This document shows positions 19,544 through 31,473 of a stretch of 64,000 nucleotides of DNA, one piece after another (positions within the stretch are counted from its first letter, which is position 1; each line of letters begins with the position of its first letter). Source of the stretch: Nitrospirota bacterium. GTDB taxonomy: Bacteria; Nitrospirota; UBA9217. The DNA is taken from NCBI GenBank assembly GCA_963749655.1, contig CAVVOB010000012.1, positions 128,001-192,000 of the forward strand, in the 5' to 3' direction. A program made the translations under genes and the position numbers. The notes beneath the pieces were generated by a model that did no database searches, was not told the origin of the DNA, and was given only the letters and a program-made list of their open reading frames with translations.

Positions 19544-22500
19544 TGTTATCGAGATTTTTCCTGGACCGGCCGGTCTTCGCCTGGGTCATCGCCATCATCC
19601 TGATGGTGGCGGGCGTCCTGGGGATCCATAACCTGCCGGTATCGCAGTATCCTCCGATCGCGCCGCCGTCCATCGCCATCACCTCCGCGTACCCGGGGGC
19701 GTCGGCGGACACGGTCGAGAACAGCGTGACCCAGATCATCGAACAGAAGATGACGGGCTTCGACAAGCTGCTGTACCTTTCCGCGACCAGCGATTCGTCC
19801 GGCGCTTCCCGCATCGAGCTGACCTTTGCCCCGGGCACCGATCCGGACCTGGCCTGGGCCCAGGTGCAGAACAAGCTCCAGCTCGCGATGGCGAGCCTGC
19901 CGCAGGTGGTGCAGCTCGCGGGCGTCACGGTGGCCAAGTCCACCAGGAACTACCTGTTGATCGTGGGCCTGGTCTCGGACGACGGAAGCATGAGCGGCTA
20001 CGACCTGCGGGACTATGCCGCGTCCAACCTGGAAAAGGTGCTGTCGCGCGTGCCGGGCGTGGGCGAGGTGCAGATCTTCGGGAGCCAGTACGCCATGCGG
20101 GTCTGGCTCAACCCCGACAAGCTCGCCGGCTACCAGATGACGATCAGCGATGTCGTCAAGGCGCTCCAGGCCTACAACGTGGAGGTCTCGGCCGGCCAGT
20201 TCGGCGGGACGCCCGCAGTGAAGGGGCAGCGTCTGAATGCCCCCATTGTCGTTCAGAGCATGCTCAAGACGCCGGAGGAGTTTGCGGCGATCCCCCTCAG
20301 GACGAATCCGGACGGATCGGTCGTGCGCGTCAGGGACGTGGGCAGGACGGAGCTCGGAACGGAATCGTACGGGGCGAACATCACCCATAACGGCAGGCCC
20401 GCAGCGGGACTGGCCATCCGGCAGGCGGCCGGGGCCAATGCGCTGGAAACGGCCGACAACGTCCGGGCGAAAATGGCGGAGATGAGCAATTTTTTTCCCG
20501 CGGGCCTGAAGGTCGTTTATCCCTATGACACCACCCCCTTCGTGCGGGTGGCCATCAATGAGGTGGTCAAGACGCTCATCGAGGCGATCGTGCTGGTCTT
20601 CCTGGTCATGTACCTGTTCATGGGAAACATGCGGGCCACCCTGATCCCGACCATCGCCGTGCCGGTGGTGCTTCTGGGGACGTTCGCGGTGCTCGGACTG
20701 TTCGGGTTCTCGATCAACATGCTCACCATGTTCGCCATGGTGCTGGCCATCGGCCTCCTGGTGGACGACGCGATCGTGGTCGTGGAGAACGTGGAGCGGA
20801 TCATGAGCGAGGAAGGGCTTTCGCCCCGGGAGGCCACGCGCAAGTCCATGGACCAGATCACGAGCGCCCTGATCGGCATCGGCCTGGTGCTCTCGGCGGT
20901 CTTCGGCCCCATGGCGTTCTTCAGCGGTTCGACCGGCGTCATTTACCGCCAGTTTTCCGTGACCATCATCGCCTCCATGCTTCTCTCGGTCGTCGTGGCC
21001 CTGGTCCTGACGCCGGTGCTGTGCGCGACCTTTCTCAAGCCGGTGCCCAAGGGCCACGAGCCGGCGGAAGGCGGGATCTGGTTCATGCGGCCCTTCTTCC
21101 GCTGGTTCGACCAGGTCTTCTTCCGGGCCAGGGACAAGTATCTGCATTTCGTGGGACAGTCCCTCGCCAACAAGATGCGCTACGCGGTGATATTCCTGGT
21201 GATCGTCGCGGTCATGGGCCTTCTCTTCAAGCGGATGCCGACCGCCTATCTCCCGGACGAAGACCAGGGAATGATGATGGTGCAGGCCATGCTGCCGGCC
21301 AACTCGACCCTGGAGCAGACCGACAAGGTCATGGAGGGGGTCAGGAATTATTTTCTGGAGAATGAAAAGGAAGCGGTCGAGGCCGTGCTGGCGATTTCCG
21401 GCTCCAGTTTCGCGGGAACGGGACAGAACCAGGGCATGGCCTTCATCAAGCTCAGGGACTGGGAGCTCCGCGACCGCGGGGACCTGAAGGTCACTGCCGT
21501 GGCCGGAAGGGCCATGAAGGAGTTTTCCAAGGTCCGCAACGCGCTGGTCTTTGCCTTTGCGCCGCCTGCCGTGGTCGAACTCGGCACGGCAAAGGGATTC
21601 GATTTTCAGCTGCTCGACCGGGGCGGTCTGGGCCACACCAGGCTGATGGCGGCCCGCAACGAGCTCCTCGGCATGGCTGCAAAGGACCCGGCGCTGACCA
21701 AGGTACGGCCCAACGGACAGGAAGACGTGCCTGAGTACCGGATCGACGTGGACTGGGAACGGGCCGGCGCCCTGGGGCTGCCCATAACCTCCATCCACAA
21801 TACGATCTCGGCGGGTTTCGGCAGCTCCTTTGTGAACGATTTCATTCAGGCGGGACGGGTGAAGAAGGTCTTTGTCCAGGCCGATGCGCCCTTCCGCATG
21901 CTGCCTGACGACCTCAGGCGGTTCCATGTGCGCAACGACTCGGGCAGGATGGTCCCTTTTTCCTCCTTTGCGTCGGGCCACTGGGACACCGGCTCTCCCA
22001 AGCTGGAGCGCTTTAACGGTTTCCCGTCGGTCAACATCGTGGGCGAAGCGGCGCCGGGCAGGAGCTCCGGCGAGGCGATGCAGGCCATGGAGAACTTCGT
22101 AAAGAAACTGCCGCAGGGGGTCGGCTACGACTGGACCGGCCTCTCCTACCAGGAACGGCAGGCAGGCACCCAGACGGGACTGCTCTATGCTTTTTCCATC
22201 CTGGTGATCTTTCTCTGCCTGGCCGCCCTGTATGAGAGCTGGCCGATCCCGGTCTCGATTCTGCTGGCCCTGCCCCTGGGGGTCATCGGCGGCGTGATCG
22301 GCTCGTCGCTCCGGGGAATGCCGAATGACGTCTACTTCCAGATCGGGCTGCTCACGACGCTCGGACTGACCACCAAGAACGCGATCCTGATCGTCCAGTT
22401 CGCCAAGGCACGGGTGGATGAGGGCAAGGACCTGATCGAGGCCACGCTGGAGGCGGCAAAGCTGCGGCTGCGTCCCATTGTCATGACCTCGCTGGCCTTC

Positions 22501-22728
22501 GGCTTCGGCGTCCTGCCGCTGACCCTTGCAACCGGAGCGGGCGCGGGCGCGCAAAAGGCCATCGGCACCGCGGTGCTGGGCGGCGTGGTCACCTCCACAT
22601 TCCTGGTGACCGTTTTTGCCCCGCTCTTTTACGTAGTCATCGAAAAGAAGTTCGGCAGACACCGGAAAAATATGCCTGCCGATGCATCCGATATCATTTC
22701 ATCACGAGGGCAGAACAGCCATGAATAA
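19543..22728 (+). CDS. acrB: RND efflux permease (AcrB/MexB family)
   Basis: [37 protein letters not shown] and [12 protein letters not shown]. Confidence 0.96.
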   Translation: MLSRFFLDRPVFAWVIAIILMVAGVLGIHNLPVSQYPPIAPPSIAITSAYPGASADTVENSVTQIIEQKMTGFDKLLYLSATSDSSGASRIELTFAPGTDPDLAWAQVQNKLQLAMASLPQVVQLAGVTVAKSTRNYLLIVGLVSDDGSMSGYDLRDYAASNLEKVLSRVPGVGEVQIFGSQYAMRVWLNPDKLAGYQMTISDVVKALQAYNVEVSAGQFGGTPAVKGQRLNAPIVVQSMLKTPEEFAAIPLRTNPDGSVVRVRDVGRTELGTESYGANITHNGRPAAGLAIRQAAGANALETADNVRAKMAEMSNFFPAGLKVVYPYDTTPFVRVAINEVVKTLIEAIVLVFLVMYLFMGNMRATLIPTIAVPVVLLGTFAVLGLFGFSINMLTMFAMVLAIGLLVDDAIVVVENVERIMSEEGLSPREATRKSMDQITSALIGIGLVLSAVFGPMAFFSGSTGVIYRQFSVTIIASMLLSVVVALVLTPVLCATFLKPVPKGHEPAEGGIWFMRPFFRWFDQVFFRARDKYLHFVGQSLANKMRYAVIFLVIVAVMGLLFKRMPTAYLPDEDQGMMMVQAMLPANSTLEQTDKVMEGVRNYFLENEKEAVEAVLAISGSSFAGTGQNQGMAFIKLRDWELRDRGDLKVTAVAGRAMKEFSKVRNALVFAFAPPAVVELGTAKGFDFQLLDRGGLGHTRLMAARNELLGMAAKDPALTKVRPNGQEDVPEYRIDVDWERAGALGLPITSIHNTISAGFGSSFVNDFIQAGRVKKVFVQADAPFRMLPDDLRRFHVRNDSGRMVPFSSFASGHWDTGSPKLERFNGFPSVNIVGEAAPGRSSGEAMQAMENFVKKLPQGVGYDWTGLSYQERQAGTQTGLLYAFSILVIFLCLAALYESWPIPVSILLALPLGVIGGVIGSSLRGMPNDVYFQIGLLTTLGLTTKNAILIVQFAKARVDEGKDLIEATLEAAKLRLRPIVMTSLAFGFGVLPLTLATGAGAGAQKAIGTAVLGGVVTSTFLVTVFAPLFYVVIEKKFGRHRKNMPADASDIISSRGQNSHE

Positions 22729-24130
22729 AAAACTCATTCTTGTTCCGTTGATCGTACTGATCCTGGCCGGCTGCACCATGGCCCCGAAATACGTCCGACC
22801 CGAGGCCCCGGTCCCGGGCGACTGGCCCAAGGGCGAAGCGTATGAGAAGGCCGGGGGCGACGCGTCCGCCAGGGCGGCTGCCGAGGTGCCGTGGCAGGAG
22901 TTCATTATCGACCAGCAGCTCCGGAAGCTGATCACGCTCGCCCTGGCGAATAACCGCGACTTTCGGATCGCGGCGCTCACGATAGAAAAAATGCAGGCGC
23001 TCTATCAGATCCAGCGGGCCGATCTCTTTCCCACGATCGCCGCCGCAGGCAACGGGACCGAACAGCGGGTGCCCGAGAGCATTTCAGGGACCGGTTCGCC
23101 CGTGAACGTTCACCAATACAGCGTCGGCCTCGGTTTCAGCTCCTATGAACTCGATTTTTTCGGCCGGGTAAGAAGTCTCAAGGCCCAGGCATTGGAACAA
23201 TTTATTGCCACCGAAGAGGAGAAGCGCAGCGTCCAGATCAGCCTGGTGGCCGAGGTCGCAGGAGCATACCTGACCCTGGCCGCCGACCGCGAACATCTGA
23301 GGCTCGCCCGGGAAACGCTCGCAAACCAGGAATCCTTCTACGGGCTCACGAAGAGCCGCTTCGATGCGGGAATTTCCTCGGCGCTCGATCTCTATCAGGC
23401 GCAGACCAGCGTCGACACGGCGCGGGTGGACATCGCCCAGTACACCAGTCTGGCGGCACAGGACGAGAACGCGCTTGCGCTCGTGATCGGCTCGCCGGTG
23501 CCGGAGGAATTGCTGCCGGACGGGCTGAGTATGGTTACGGCGCTGAAGGAGTTCAACCAGGGCCTGCCGTCGGACCTGCTGCTGAACCGTCCCGACATCA
23601 TACAGGCGGAGCACCTGCTCAGGGGGGCGAATGCGAATATCGGCGCGGCGCGGGCGGCGTTCTTTCCCAGCATCACGCTCACCACGAATATCGGCACCTA
23701 CAGCACGGAGTTGTCAGGCCTCTTCAAGGGGGGGACCACGGGGTGGAGTTTTGCCCCCCAGATCAGTCTTCCGATTTTTACAGGCGGAAGGAACCGGGCC
23801 AATCTGAAAGCGGCTGAAGTCGACCGGGAGATCTTCGTCGCTCAATATGAGAAGGCGATCCAGGGCGCGTTCCGGGAAGTGGCCGACGCCCTGGCCCAGC
23901 GCGGCACCATTGACGACCAGATGACCGCGCAGCAGTCGCTGACCGAAGCGACCTCTCAGAGCTACCGCCTTTCGCAGGCCCGCTACGAAAAGGGGGTGGA
24001 CAGCTACCTGGTCGTGCTCGATTCCCAGCGCTCCTACTACGGCGCCCAGCAGAGTCTGATCGCGGTGCGGCTTGCGCGCCTCATCAACCAGGTGACGCTC
24101 TACAAGGTCCTCGGCGGAGGCGGCGTGTAG
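22721..24130 (+). CDS. efflux outer membrane lipoprotein (OprM/NodT family)
   Basis: LAGC lipobox, [31 protein letters not shown] and LYKVLGGG. Confidence 0.94.
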   Translation: MNKKLILVPLIVLILAGCTMAPKYVRPEAPVPGDWPKGEAYEKAGGDASARAAAEVPWQEFIIDQQLRKLITLALANNRDFRIAALTIEKMQALYQIQRADLFPTIAAAGNGTEQRVPESISGTGSPVNVHQYSVGLGFSSYELDFFGRVRSLKAQALEQFIATEEEKRSVQISLVAEVAGAYLTLAADREHLRLARETLANQESFYGLTKSRFDAGISSALDLYQAQTSVDTARVDIAQYTSLAAQDENALALVIGSPVPEELLPDGLSMVTALKEFNQGLPSDLLLNRPDIIQAEHLLRGANANIGAARAAFFPSITLTTNIGTYSTELSGLFKGGTTGWSFAPQISLPIFTGGRNRANLKAAEVDREIFVAQYEKAIQGAFREVADALAQRGTIDDQMTAQQSLTEATSQSYRLSQARYEKGVDSYLVVLDSQRSYYGAQQSLIAVRLARLINQVTLYKVLGGGGV

Positions 24131-24133
24131 CCT

Positions 24134-24547
24134 ATGACAGATATGGCGATGAAGACGATTCTTCTGATAGACGACGACAAAGACGTCCTGGCGTTCCTCG
24201 GAGACGCGCTGAGAGGGGCAGGACATCATATTATACCCAGAAGCGACGCGGGGTCCGCTCTCGGCGTTCTCCGCGAGGGAACCAGGGTCGACCTGGTGAT
24301 CACCGATTACCAGATGCCGGGACTCGACGCCCTGTCCTTCATGTCCCGTTTGAGGGAATCGGCGCCGAACGTCCCGGTTATCGTGCTGACCGGACATGGC
24401 AATGTGGAGCTGTATCTCAAGGTCATGAGTCTCGGCGCGTTCGAATACGTAAACAAGCCGGTCAGGACCGGCGAATTGAACCGGATCGTACAGTCTGCGC
24501 TTCAAGGGCCGGCGACAGGCCCGTTGGCATCAGGAGAGAACCTGTAA
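24134..24547 (+). CDS. single-domain response regulator
   Basis: LIDDD, ITDYQMPG, VLTG and YVNKP. Confidence 0.9.
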   Translation: MTDMAMKTILLIDDDKDVLAFLGDALRGAGHHIIPRSDAGSALGVLREGTRVDLVITDYQMPGLDALSFMSRLRESAPNVPVIVLTGHGNVELYLKVMSLGAFEYVNKPVRTGELNRIVQSALQGPATGPLASGENL

Positions 24548-24562
24548 CGGGGAGGGCATGGC

Positions 24563-25237
24563 ATGATACATGCGGGGATTCTGGCCTGGCTTGCCTGGTC
24601 ATTCGTCATGCTGTTGATCCGGTCCGTCAGAGTGCGCTTCGTAAACAGAGATTCTGCGGAAGGGCCCCTTACCGGCAAGAAGAACGTCATCTATGCTTTT
24701 TTCCACGGAGATATGGTCCCGCTGCTTCATGTGTACCGGAATTCCGGCATCCTGATCCCTGCAAGCGAAAGCAGGGACGGAGAAATCATTGCGCGGGTGT
24801 TGAAGAATTTCGGTTTCGACGTCGTACGGGGGTCGAGTAAACGCAAGGGTCATAAAGCGCTTCGCGAGCTGATCACGGGGATGCGCAGTGGAAAGACGGT
24901 CGCGATCTCCGTTGACGGTCCCCGCGGGCCGCTGCATGAGGTGAAGCCGGGCGTCGTGTACCTCGGAGGTCTGCTGAAAATACCGATCGTCCCTGTGGCG
25001 GTTTCGGCAAAGCGGTTCCGGACCATCGGACAAAGCTGGGACCGGCTCATGATCCCCGCTCCCTTTACCGAGTGCGTGATCCTTTACGGCGATCCCGTCT
25101 TCGTGAGAGGAACCTCGGATGAGGAGATCGACGCGGCCCGGCGAACGCTCGAGGCGCGGCTTCGCGGATTAAAACAACAGGCGCAGTCCATATTCCCGAA
25201 CAACCGGACCGATTTGCGATCCACAGGGCCGGTCTGA
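24563..25237 (+). CDS. DUF374 / lysophospholipid acyltransferase family protein
   Basis: FFHG, SESRDGEI, VRGSSKRKG, VDGPRGP and SWDRLMIPAPF. Confidence 0.88.
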   Translation: MIHAGILAWLAWSFVMLLIRSVRVRFVNRDSAEGPLTGKKNVIYAFFHGDMVPLLHVYRNSGILIPASESRDGEIIARVLKNFGFDVVRGSSKRKGHKALRELITGMRSGKTVAISVDGPRGPLHEVKPGVVYLGGLLKIPIVPVAVSAKRFRTIGQSWDRLMIPAPFTECVILYGDPVFVRGTSDEEIDAARRTLEARLRGLKQQAQSIFPNNRTDLRSTGPV

Positions 25238-25278
25238 GAGAACGGGTCTTCATCCTTTCCAACAAAGAGGAGAGTATT

Positions 25279-25398
25279 ATGCGGGTGATAAAAATAACGA
25301 GAGAAGTTTCCCCCCTGTTCCTTGCCAAAGGGGCCTGGCGCTTCTGGGCGGGCTTTATTGTTCTCTGCTTCGTCGTCTATCTCGTCATAAAGGGATGA
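25279..25398 (+). CDS. small single-TM protein (39 aa), absent from the ORF track
   Basis: GAGGAG RBS; MRVIKITREVSPLFLAKGAWRFWAGFIVLCFVVYLVIKG. Confidence 0.5.
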   Translation: MRVIKITREVSPLFLAKGAWRFWAGFIVLCFVVYLVIKG

Positions 25399-25476
25399 GA
25401 TACGCTCCCTTCGAGGAAATGAGGGAAACGGCCGGATGAGTATGCGGCCCTCCTGGAAGACCGCGCACGAACGATC

Positions 25477-26727
25477 ATGTTCAAGAAAATATCTCTTACA
25501 CTATGGTTTCTTGTATTCCTTCCGCAGATGACGCAGGGAGCGGTGAAGAATGCGTATCTCGGGGACGTGGGCGTGAGCGTCGAAGGAAATACCAGGAGCA
25601 AGCCGCAGCTGATCGAATCCCTCGTAGCCAAATGCCTTGAAAAGGGCGGGTTTAAAAGCTGGGACACCGTCGATGCCCCGTCAGTACGGCAGTGCATCAC
25701 CAATTCCCGGCTCTTCAGCGAGGTCGCCGTGGAGGTGAAACAACCGGAGATCCATGTCCTGCTAAAAGACCGGTGGACCCTGATCCCGATACCGAACGCA
25801 TACTCGAGCGACGGAAAGCAGTCGATCGGCGTTTTTGTCTTTGACTCGAATTTTCTCGGCTACGGTAAAACCGTGGGGGTCGGGGGGGCGCTCTCGACGG
25901 AAGGCAACACCGTTTCCCTGTTCTATTCCGACCCGTCCGTGAATTTCAGCGATTACACGTTCAGGATTTGGGCGGTGAGGTCTTCCTCGGAGTTCGACGC
26001 CTACGATCACACTGCGATTCTGTACGGCTTCAATAAGGTGGAGGAGGGGTTCTTTCTTTCTCCGGGGTATAAAATAACGCCGTCGCTGGAAGTGTCCCTG
26101 TCCCTCAATTATACAAACAAGCGTTATTCGACGCTGGATCAGTTCGCCGTGCCTGAAGACTACCGTGCGTGGGGCGCGGGCGCCAAGATTTCCTATACGG
26201 ACTCGGACTACAAGCTTTTTTACAACGACGGGCTGTCGGGACAGATCGCGTGGTCAGGCCAGATGGAGCGGTCCGACAGCGGCAGAAGGGTCTCGACCGC
26301 AGCGGCGAAAGTGGAGTGGGATATCCTGGTCTTCGATAAACATGCGCTGCAGCTCGCCCTCAATGCGGCCCGGCAGTCCGATGCGGCCGCGGGAGACGTC
26401 TCCATGTTCGGGAGAACACGGGGTTTTCGGGGCATCCAGCCGAACGGCCTCTGGACGCGCGCGATCGTTGCAGGTTCCGCAGATTACCAGATCCCTCTCG
26501 CAAAGATGAAGCACGGCACCGTTACCGTCGCGCCTTTTGCGGACTATGGAGCTTACCAACCGTTCTTCCCGGGAACGGGAAGCAACTATGCAGCGTACGG
26601 ACTCGGGGCTTATTACTTTATCAACACCATTAACCTGCCGGGTATCGGATTGCTGGCCGGAGTGAATGAAAAGTTTATGGGGAACTTTGTCGCCATTCAG
26701 ATCGGGCTGGCGTTCGGGTCGAGATGA
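25477..26727 (+). CDS. Omp85/BamA-like outer membrane protein with one POTRA-like domain
   Basis: Signal peptide, VEGNTRSK..SRLFSEV..DRWTLIP, DSNFLGYGK and amphipathic beta strands. Confidence 0.7.
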   Translation: MFKKISLTLWFLVFLPQMTQGAVKNAYLGDVGVSVEGNTRSKPQLIESLVAKCLEKGGFKSWDTVDAPSVRQCITNSRLFSEVAVEVKQPEIHVLLKDRWTLIPIPNAYSSDGKQSIGVFVFDSNFLGYGKTVGVGGALSTEGNTVSLFYSDPSVNFSDYTFRIWAVRSSSEFDAYDHTAILYGFNKVEEGFFLSPGYKITPSLEVSLSLNYTNKRYSTLDQFAVPEDYRAWGAGAKISYTDSDYKLFYNDGLSGQIAWSGQMERSDSGRRVSTAAAKVEWDILVFDKHALQLALNAARQSDAAAGDVSMFGRTRGFRGIQPNGLWTRAIVAGSADYQIPLAKMKHGTVTVAPFADYGAYQPFFPGTGSNYAAYGLGAYYFINTINLPGIGLLAGVNEKFMGNFVAIQIGLAFGSR

Positions 26728-26972
26728 AAATTTTCAGGTCCCCGGCCGTAAGCGGTTCTTTCCGGCGACAGTTTTCCTGGACCTGATCCAGCGATAGCAC
26801 CTTCCCCGCACTTCCCACGCAGTCTTCCGCGCACGCAGTACCAAAAATCCACTCCTCATCGTGTGAACGTTCCGAACAAGCCGCATAAGATTGCAGGGCG
26901 ATTTGCTATAGTTGAACCAGTGAGGCGATCGGATAATCTCCCAGATCGGTACCTGCCGAGTAGGAGGGAATC

Positions 26973-27740
26973 GTGAAGAAGGTCACTGCGTTCGTCGGCA
27001 CGCCCCGCAAGCAGCACACCCAGTACGCGGTCCAAAAGTTCCTGAGGTCCCTCCAGTCGCTCGGCGGCGTCGAATGCGAGATCATCGCGCTCTCTGACTG
27101 CAAACTGGAGGTGTGCAGGGGTTGTAAGAACTGCTTTCGCAAGGGCGAGGAGTTCTGCCCGTTGAAGGATGACCGGGACGTGCTCATCGGGAAAATGACG
27201 GCGTCGGACGGAGTGGTCTTCGCAACTCCGAACTACTCGTACCAGGTCTCAGCGATCATGAAGATGTTCCTCGACAGGCTCGGCTTTGTGTTCCACCGTC
27301 CGCGCTTCTTCGGCAGGACCTTTACCAGCATCGTGGCCCAGGGTATATACGGCGGGTCGAAGATAGTGAAGTACCTGGACTTCGTGGGTATGGGCCTTGG
27401 TTTCAACGTGGTCCGGGGAAGTTGTACCACGGCCTTTGATCCGATGAGCGAGAAGGAGCGGGAAAAGATCGACAGCGTCGCAACAGAGCACAGTAAAAGG
27501 TTCCACGCCGGACTGTCGCAGCCGCAGTATCCCGTCCCGGCGCTCTTCAAGCTCTTTGCCTTCAGGGTGGCCCGGACGAGCATGCGGGTGATGCTCGACG
27601 AGACCTCCCGCGACTTTACGTACTACCGGGACAAGGGCTGGTTCGAATCCGACTACTTCTATCCTGTTCGTTTGAATATGGTCAAGAAGGCTGCCGGAAG
27701 CCTGGTCGACTTCATTACATCGAAAAGTGTAAAGAAATAA
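26973..27740 (+). CDS. flavodoxin family / iron-sulfur flavoprotein (NADPH-dependent FMN reductase-like)
   Basis: GTPRK, CRGCKNC..CPLKDD and ATPNY..MKMFLDR. Confidence 0.88.
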   Translation: MKKVTAFVGTPRKQHTQYAVQKFLRSLQSLGGVECEIIALSDCKLEVCRGCKNCFRKGEEFCPLKDDRDVLIGKMTASDGVVFATPNYSYQVSAIMKMFLDRLGFVFHRPRFFGRTFTSIVAQGIYGGSKIVKYLDFVGMGLGFNVVRGSCTTAFDPMSEKEREKIDSVATEHSKRFHAGLSQPQYPVPALFKLFAFRVARTSMRVMLDETSRDFTYYRDKGWFESDYFYPVRLNMVKKAAGSLVDFITSKSVKK

Positions 27741-27756
27741 GATGATAATATTTTTT

Positions 27757-27907
27757 ACCGCAGAGATCGCAGAGGCCGCAGAGAAATGAAGGTCTTGGAA
27801 TACTATCGGAGTCGGTAAGAGAAGACCGGATAAATCCCGAAAATATTCAGGTTACATGAACTTCGGCTTATAGCTCTGACAAGACGTTCTCGGCGTCCTC
27901 TGCGGTG
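27757..27907. repeat. palindromic repeat (accgcagag..ctctgcggt family)
   Basis: accgcagagatcgcagaggccgcagaga / tctcggcgtcctctgcggt; a related copy lies at 63411-63591. Confidence 0.6.
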
Positions 27908-28050
27908 AAAGTTTTGAAGTCGACGATCATAATCGGTTCTTCCGGCTTCAGGGGGACTTTTTAGGAGGTTGCTGTCAATTTTGCAACATACCCTAAAAAT
28001 ACCCCATTTTTGTTCTTTATTTTTTTTTGAATAATCACTATATTTTGGTG

Positions 28051-28395
28051 ATGGAGAAGAGCATTCTGGTAATTGACGACAATGAACTGCTGCTCGATAC
28101 GGTTCAGGAACTCCTTCGCCTGGACGGATATCACGTCACCCGATGCAACCGGGGAGCCAAGGTCGTTGACCTCTTGACGAAAAAGTCATTTGATGCCGCT
28201 CTGGTCGATTATCAAATACCGGATATGACCGGCACAAAAATAACGAGAATTCTGCGCAAAGAGGCCCCGAATATACTGATCGTAGGCTTCAGCCTGTTTC
28301 ATAGAAAAAATGAGTTCATGGAGGCCGGCGCCGACTTTTTTTACCCTAAACCGTTCATAGACGAGGTAATGCAGAAGATCAATGAGCTGGTATAG
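28051..28395 (+). CDS. single-domain response regulator
   Basis: ILVIDDN, LVDYQIPDMTG and GADFFYPKPF. Confidence 0.85.
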   Translation: MEKSILVIDDNELLLDTVQELLRLDGYHVTRCNRGAKVVDLLTKKSFDAALVDYQIPDMTGTKITRILRKEAPNILIVGFSLFHRKNEFMEAGADFFYPKPFIDEVMQKINELV

Positions 28396-28593
28396 CTTCC
28401 ACCCCGTTCCTGTGAATAACAGGGATCATCATATCTGCGCGCCTGCCTGAACTGCCGATCGTTTCCCCAAAGCTGCCGTCCATTCCCGTTTTCTTACCGT
28501 CCGTCGCATCTTTTTTGCGCCCCCCTGTTCCCTCCGGTATCCTCGAAGTATGAAGGCTTCCGTTGTTGCCTGTTCGGAAGAAGGTGATATCCT

Positions 28594-29679
28594 ATGAAAC
28601 AGCCTCCTGCGTTCTTCGCAAAATTGCTGGCGATTGTCCTGATGACGGCCTGCTCTTGCGCAGCCACTGCAGCGCACGATCCGGCACTGCAGGATCGCGG
28701 CGGCAATGAACCGGGCTCCATCGACCAAAAGCATCATACCGCCGGGGGATTCCGCAATTATCCGCCCGCGCCGGAAGCCGTGCCGATGGGGCCGATGTTC
28801 TATTTGCGCAGAGCATGGAATTCGGTTTTTCTCGACAAAGCCCCCGCCGGCCGCGTCTTGCCGCAGGACGAGGCCCTGCGGCTCCTGAAAGCGGCCCAGG
28901 GCGACGGAATAACGTGGCTGGGACACGCGACGTTCCTCATCAGAACAGCAGGAAAAACGATCCTCACGGACCCCTTCCTGACGGAACGAGCCAGCCCTTT
29001 TTCCTGGATCGGACCACGGCGCTATGTTCCTCCGGGGATCCCCCTGGAGAAGCTGCCGCCTCTCGACGGCATCGTCGTATCCCACAATCACTATGATCAC
29101 CTGGACGAGAAGACCGTTCGCGCCCTGCCGCATAAGAACAGCATTCATGTCGTCGTGCCCCTGGGTCTGAAGGGCTTTTTCTCGGAACGCGGATACGGCA
29201 ATGTGACCGAGCTCGACTGGGGAGAGGAAACGTCCCTTGACAAGGTGAAGGTGATTGCCCTGCCTGCAGCTCACGATTCCGCAAGAAATACCAGCGATCG
29301 GAACAGAACCCTGTGGGCGTCGTGGGCGATCATAAGCCCGGCGATCAGGATTTATTTTGTCGGCGACAGCGCCTACTCCGACTCGATTTTCAAGGAGATC
29401 GGCGGCCGCTGGGGACCCTTCGATTACGCGATACTGCCGATAGGCGCCTATGAACCGCGAAAACTGATGTCGATGCATCACGTCACTCCCGAGGAGGCGG
29501 TTTCGATCGGCAGGGACACGCGGGCAAAAACGCTGATCGCGTCGCACTGGGGCACCATCAACCTGTCCGATGAGCCGCAGGAGGAGCCGCCGGAGCGGTT
29601 CCTGAGGGCGGGTGAGCAGGCGGGAATGAGGGAAAAAGACATCTGGATCCTGAAGATCGGCGAAACGCGGGCCTTTTGA
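28594..29679 (+). CDS. MBL-fold metallohydrolase (NAPE-PLD/RomA-like), exported
   Basis: WLGHAT, ILTDP, SHNHYDHLD, LPIGAYEP and HWGT. Confidence 0.9.
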   Translation: MKQPPAFFAKLLAIVLMTACSCAATAAHDPALQDRGGNEPGSIDQKHHTAGGFRNYPPAPEAVPMGPMFYLRRAWNSVFLDKAPAGRVLPQDEALRLLKAAQGDGITWLGHATFLIRTAGKTILTDPFLTERASPFSWIGPRRYVPPGIPLEKLPPLDGIVVSHNHYDHLDEKTVRALPHKNSIHVVVPLGLKGFFSERGYGNVTELDWGEETSLDKVKVIALPAAHDSARNTSDRNRTLWASWAIISPAIRIYFVGDSAYSDSIFKEIGGRWGPFDYAILPIGAYEPRKLMSMHHVTPEEAVSIGRDTRAKTLIASHWGTINLSDEPQEEPPERFLRAGEQAGMREKDIWILKIGETRAF

Positions 29680-30129
29680 CTCCGGAAGCGGAAGAGCTTT
29701 AATCGGTCCTGTTCGGAAATTCGGACAAACGACTGAGCCTGTCAGAATTTCCGTCGGGCTATACGATCCCTGTTCACAGGCAATCCCGCAGTTCCGGGAG
29801 GTCGTTATGATTTTGTGTCCCGATAGGTCGGGATGCCGGAGGGGGCTCCACTGGATCAGTTCAGGATACAGGCAGCGTCTCTCTAGCGAAAAAACAGGGA
29901 CCTGCCATTCCCCTGATCAATTTCGCGCTATATTGAGATTAAAGGATTAGTTTTCAGATTCAGATAAATGATATTTGTCCGCAGATGATCTTCGATGAAT
30001 GATTTCGTGGGAAGGCTGCGATGGCAGCGGAAAATGCAGGGAGGTTAAGGTTTTATTTTTGCCGCCTTCAACTGCGTCCATCCGCGAAATCTGCGGTTGA
30101 ATTGTTTCTGCAGGCCGGGTATTACAACC

Positions 30130-30618
30130 ATGTTTAAGAGTCTTTTTTTTGCTGTTAGTATTCTCCTGTTCCCGGCCTTGCCCGCTTCGGCTGACAGTTT
30201 TTCCTATGAAACCGGGTTGGGCTTCTATGACTCCGAGGGAAGCAGGGTGAATCTTCTGCGCTACCGGCACGACGCCGGGCCGCTTTTCGGCCTGGATGGT
30301 TTTTACGAGGCCTCCTACGCTTCCTGGAACGGTCCATACCATGACGAGGCCTTCGCCCTGGCGCGGGGAATAGAGTGGCTGAAAACAGACGACCACTATA
30401 TGAGCTTCACCCTCGGCCTGAGCCGCATCACCAGGACAACGGGGAACCTGGGAGAGCCGTTCCAATTCTACATCCGCTTCGGGTACGAAAAAACAGTCGG
30501 CAGGGCGCTCTTCTCCCTCGGCTGGATACATTATTCCGACGGGAAGCTGATCTTCGGGTGGCCGGGCAACAATAACAGCGAGAATTTCGCAACCTTCTCC
30601 GTGGGAATACTCTTATAG
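30130..30618 (+). CDS. PagL-like (lipid A 3-O-deacylase family) outer membrane beta-barrel
   Basis: Signal peptide, NLGEPFQF and C-terminal IHYSDG..NNSENF resembling the PagL H-x-S motif. Confidence 0.6.
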   Translation: MFKSLFFAVSILLFPALPASADSFSYETGLGFYDSEGSRVNLLRYRHDAGPLFGLDGFYEASYASWNGPYHDEAFALARGIEWLKTDDHYMSFTLGLSRITRTTGNLGEPFQFYIRFGYEKTVGRALFSLGWIHYSDGKLIFGWPGNNNSENFATFSVGILL

Positions 30619-30677
30619 CAGTGGAATCCCGGAACGCAGTTGATACGACGAAACTGACTATCAGGCAGGGTGTTATC

Positions 30678-31154
30678 ATGAAAATGTCCGGCAACAGGGA
30701 GCGCTCAAAAGACATTATTCGCGTTGCTGCGGTATTCGAAGCGGCAAAAGGCCTGATCGTTCTCATTACGGGCTTCGGCTTGCTGATGTTCATCCATAAG
30801 GACCTCCACGCGGTTTTCGAGCAGATCGTCCGCCACCTTCATCTGAATCCGGCCAGGCATTATCCGAGGATCTTCCTCGATGTGATCAATCATATTACCG
30901 ATGTTCAGCTGCTGGGGCTTGCCCTGTCCGCCTTTGCCTATTCCCTTGTCCGGTTTGCGGAAGCTTACGGTCTGTGGTATGAGCGGCAGTGGGCCGAATG
31001 GTTCGGTTTTCTCTCGGGAGGCATGTATATTCCAGTCGAGCTTTTCGAACTATTTCACGGCGCAACTGTCATAAAAGCAGCCATCCTGGCTGTTAATCTG
31101 TTTATCGTGGCGTTGCTGGGAAAAGCATTGTATCGGTCGAGAGAGAAAGTCTGA
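30678..31154 (+). CDS. DUF2127 membrane protein
   Basis: AVFEAAKG, EAYGLW..RQWAEW and YIPVELFEL. Confidence 0.85.
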   Translation: MKMSGNRERSKDIIRVAAVFEAAKGLIVLITGFGLLMFIHKDLHAVFEQIVRHLHLNPARHYPRIFLDVINHITDVQLLGLALSAFAYSLVRFAEAYGLWYERQWAEWFGFLSGGMYIPVELFELFHGATVIKAAILAVNLFIVALLGKALYRSREKV

Positions 31155-31473
31155 CCGCGCCTCCTTTTCCTGACAAGGTCATCCGACCGATTGATTATTA
31201 TCCGTCGGCTGTGCTGCCTCCCGCTTTTGTGAGGCCCGGCAATTATCGTTGTTCCGAAGTGGTAGAATTATACTAATGGCTGATTCTTTATTATCAGGCA
31301 TTAATCTTCTTTAACAGCCGCGGAAAGGAGGGGGCGCGAATCAAAGAACAGCAAGGAGCTGGAACTGGCGGCCCCGCTCCGGAAAGCCGGCAGGAACGGG
31401 AGATCGGTTTTTTGAACGGCGGCACTATCATTATACTGCTGCCAGATATCAACACGGAAAAAAGGAGCTCACC

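Noticed and set aside
19546-22662. 1038-aa antisense ORF, and similar long shadow ORFs such as 49371-50855 and 5679-7034
   Set aside because: Antisense shadows of GC-rich genes with no recognisable motifs.
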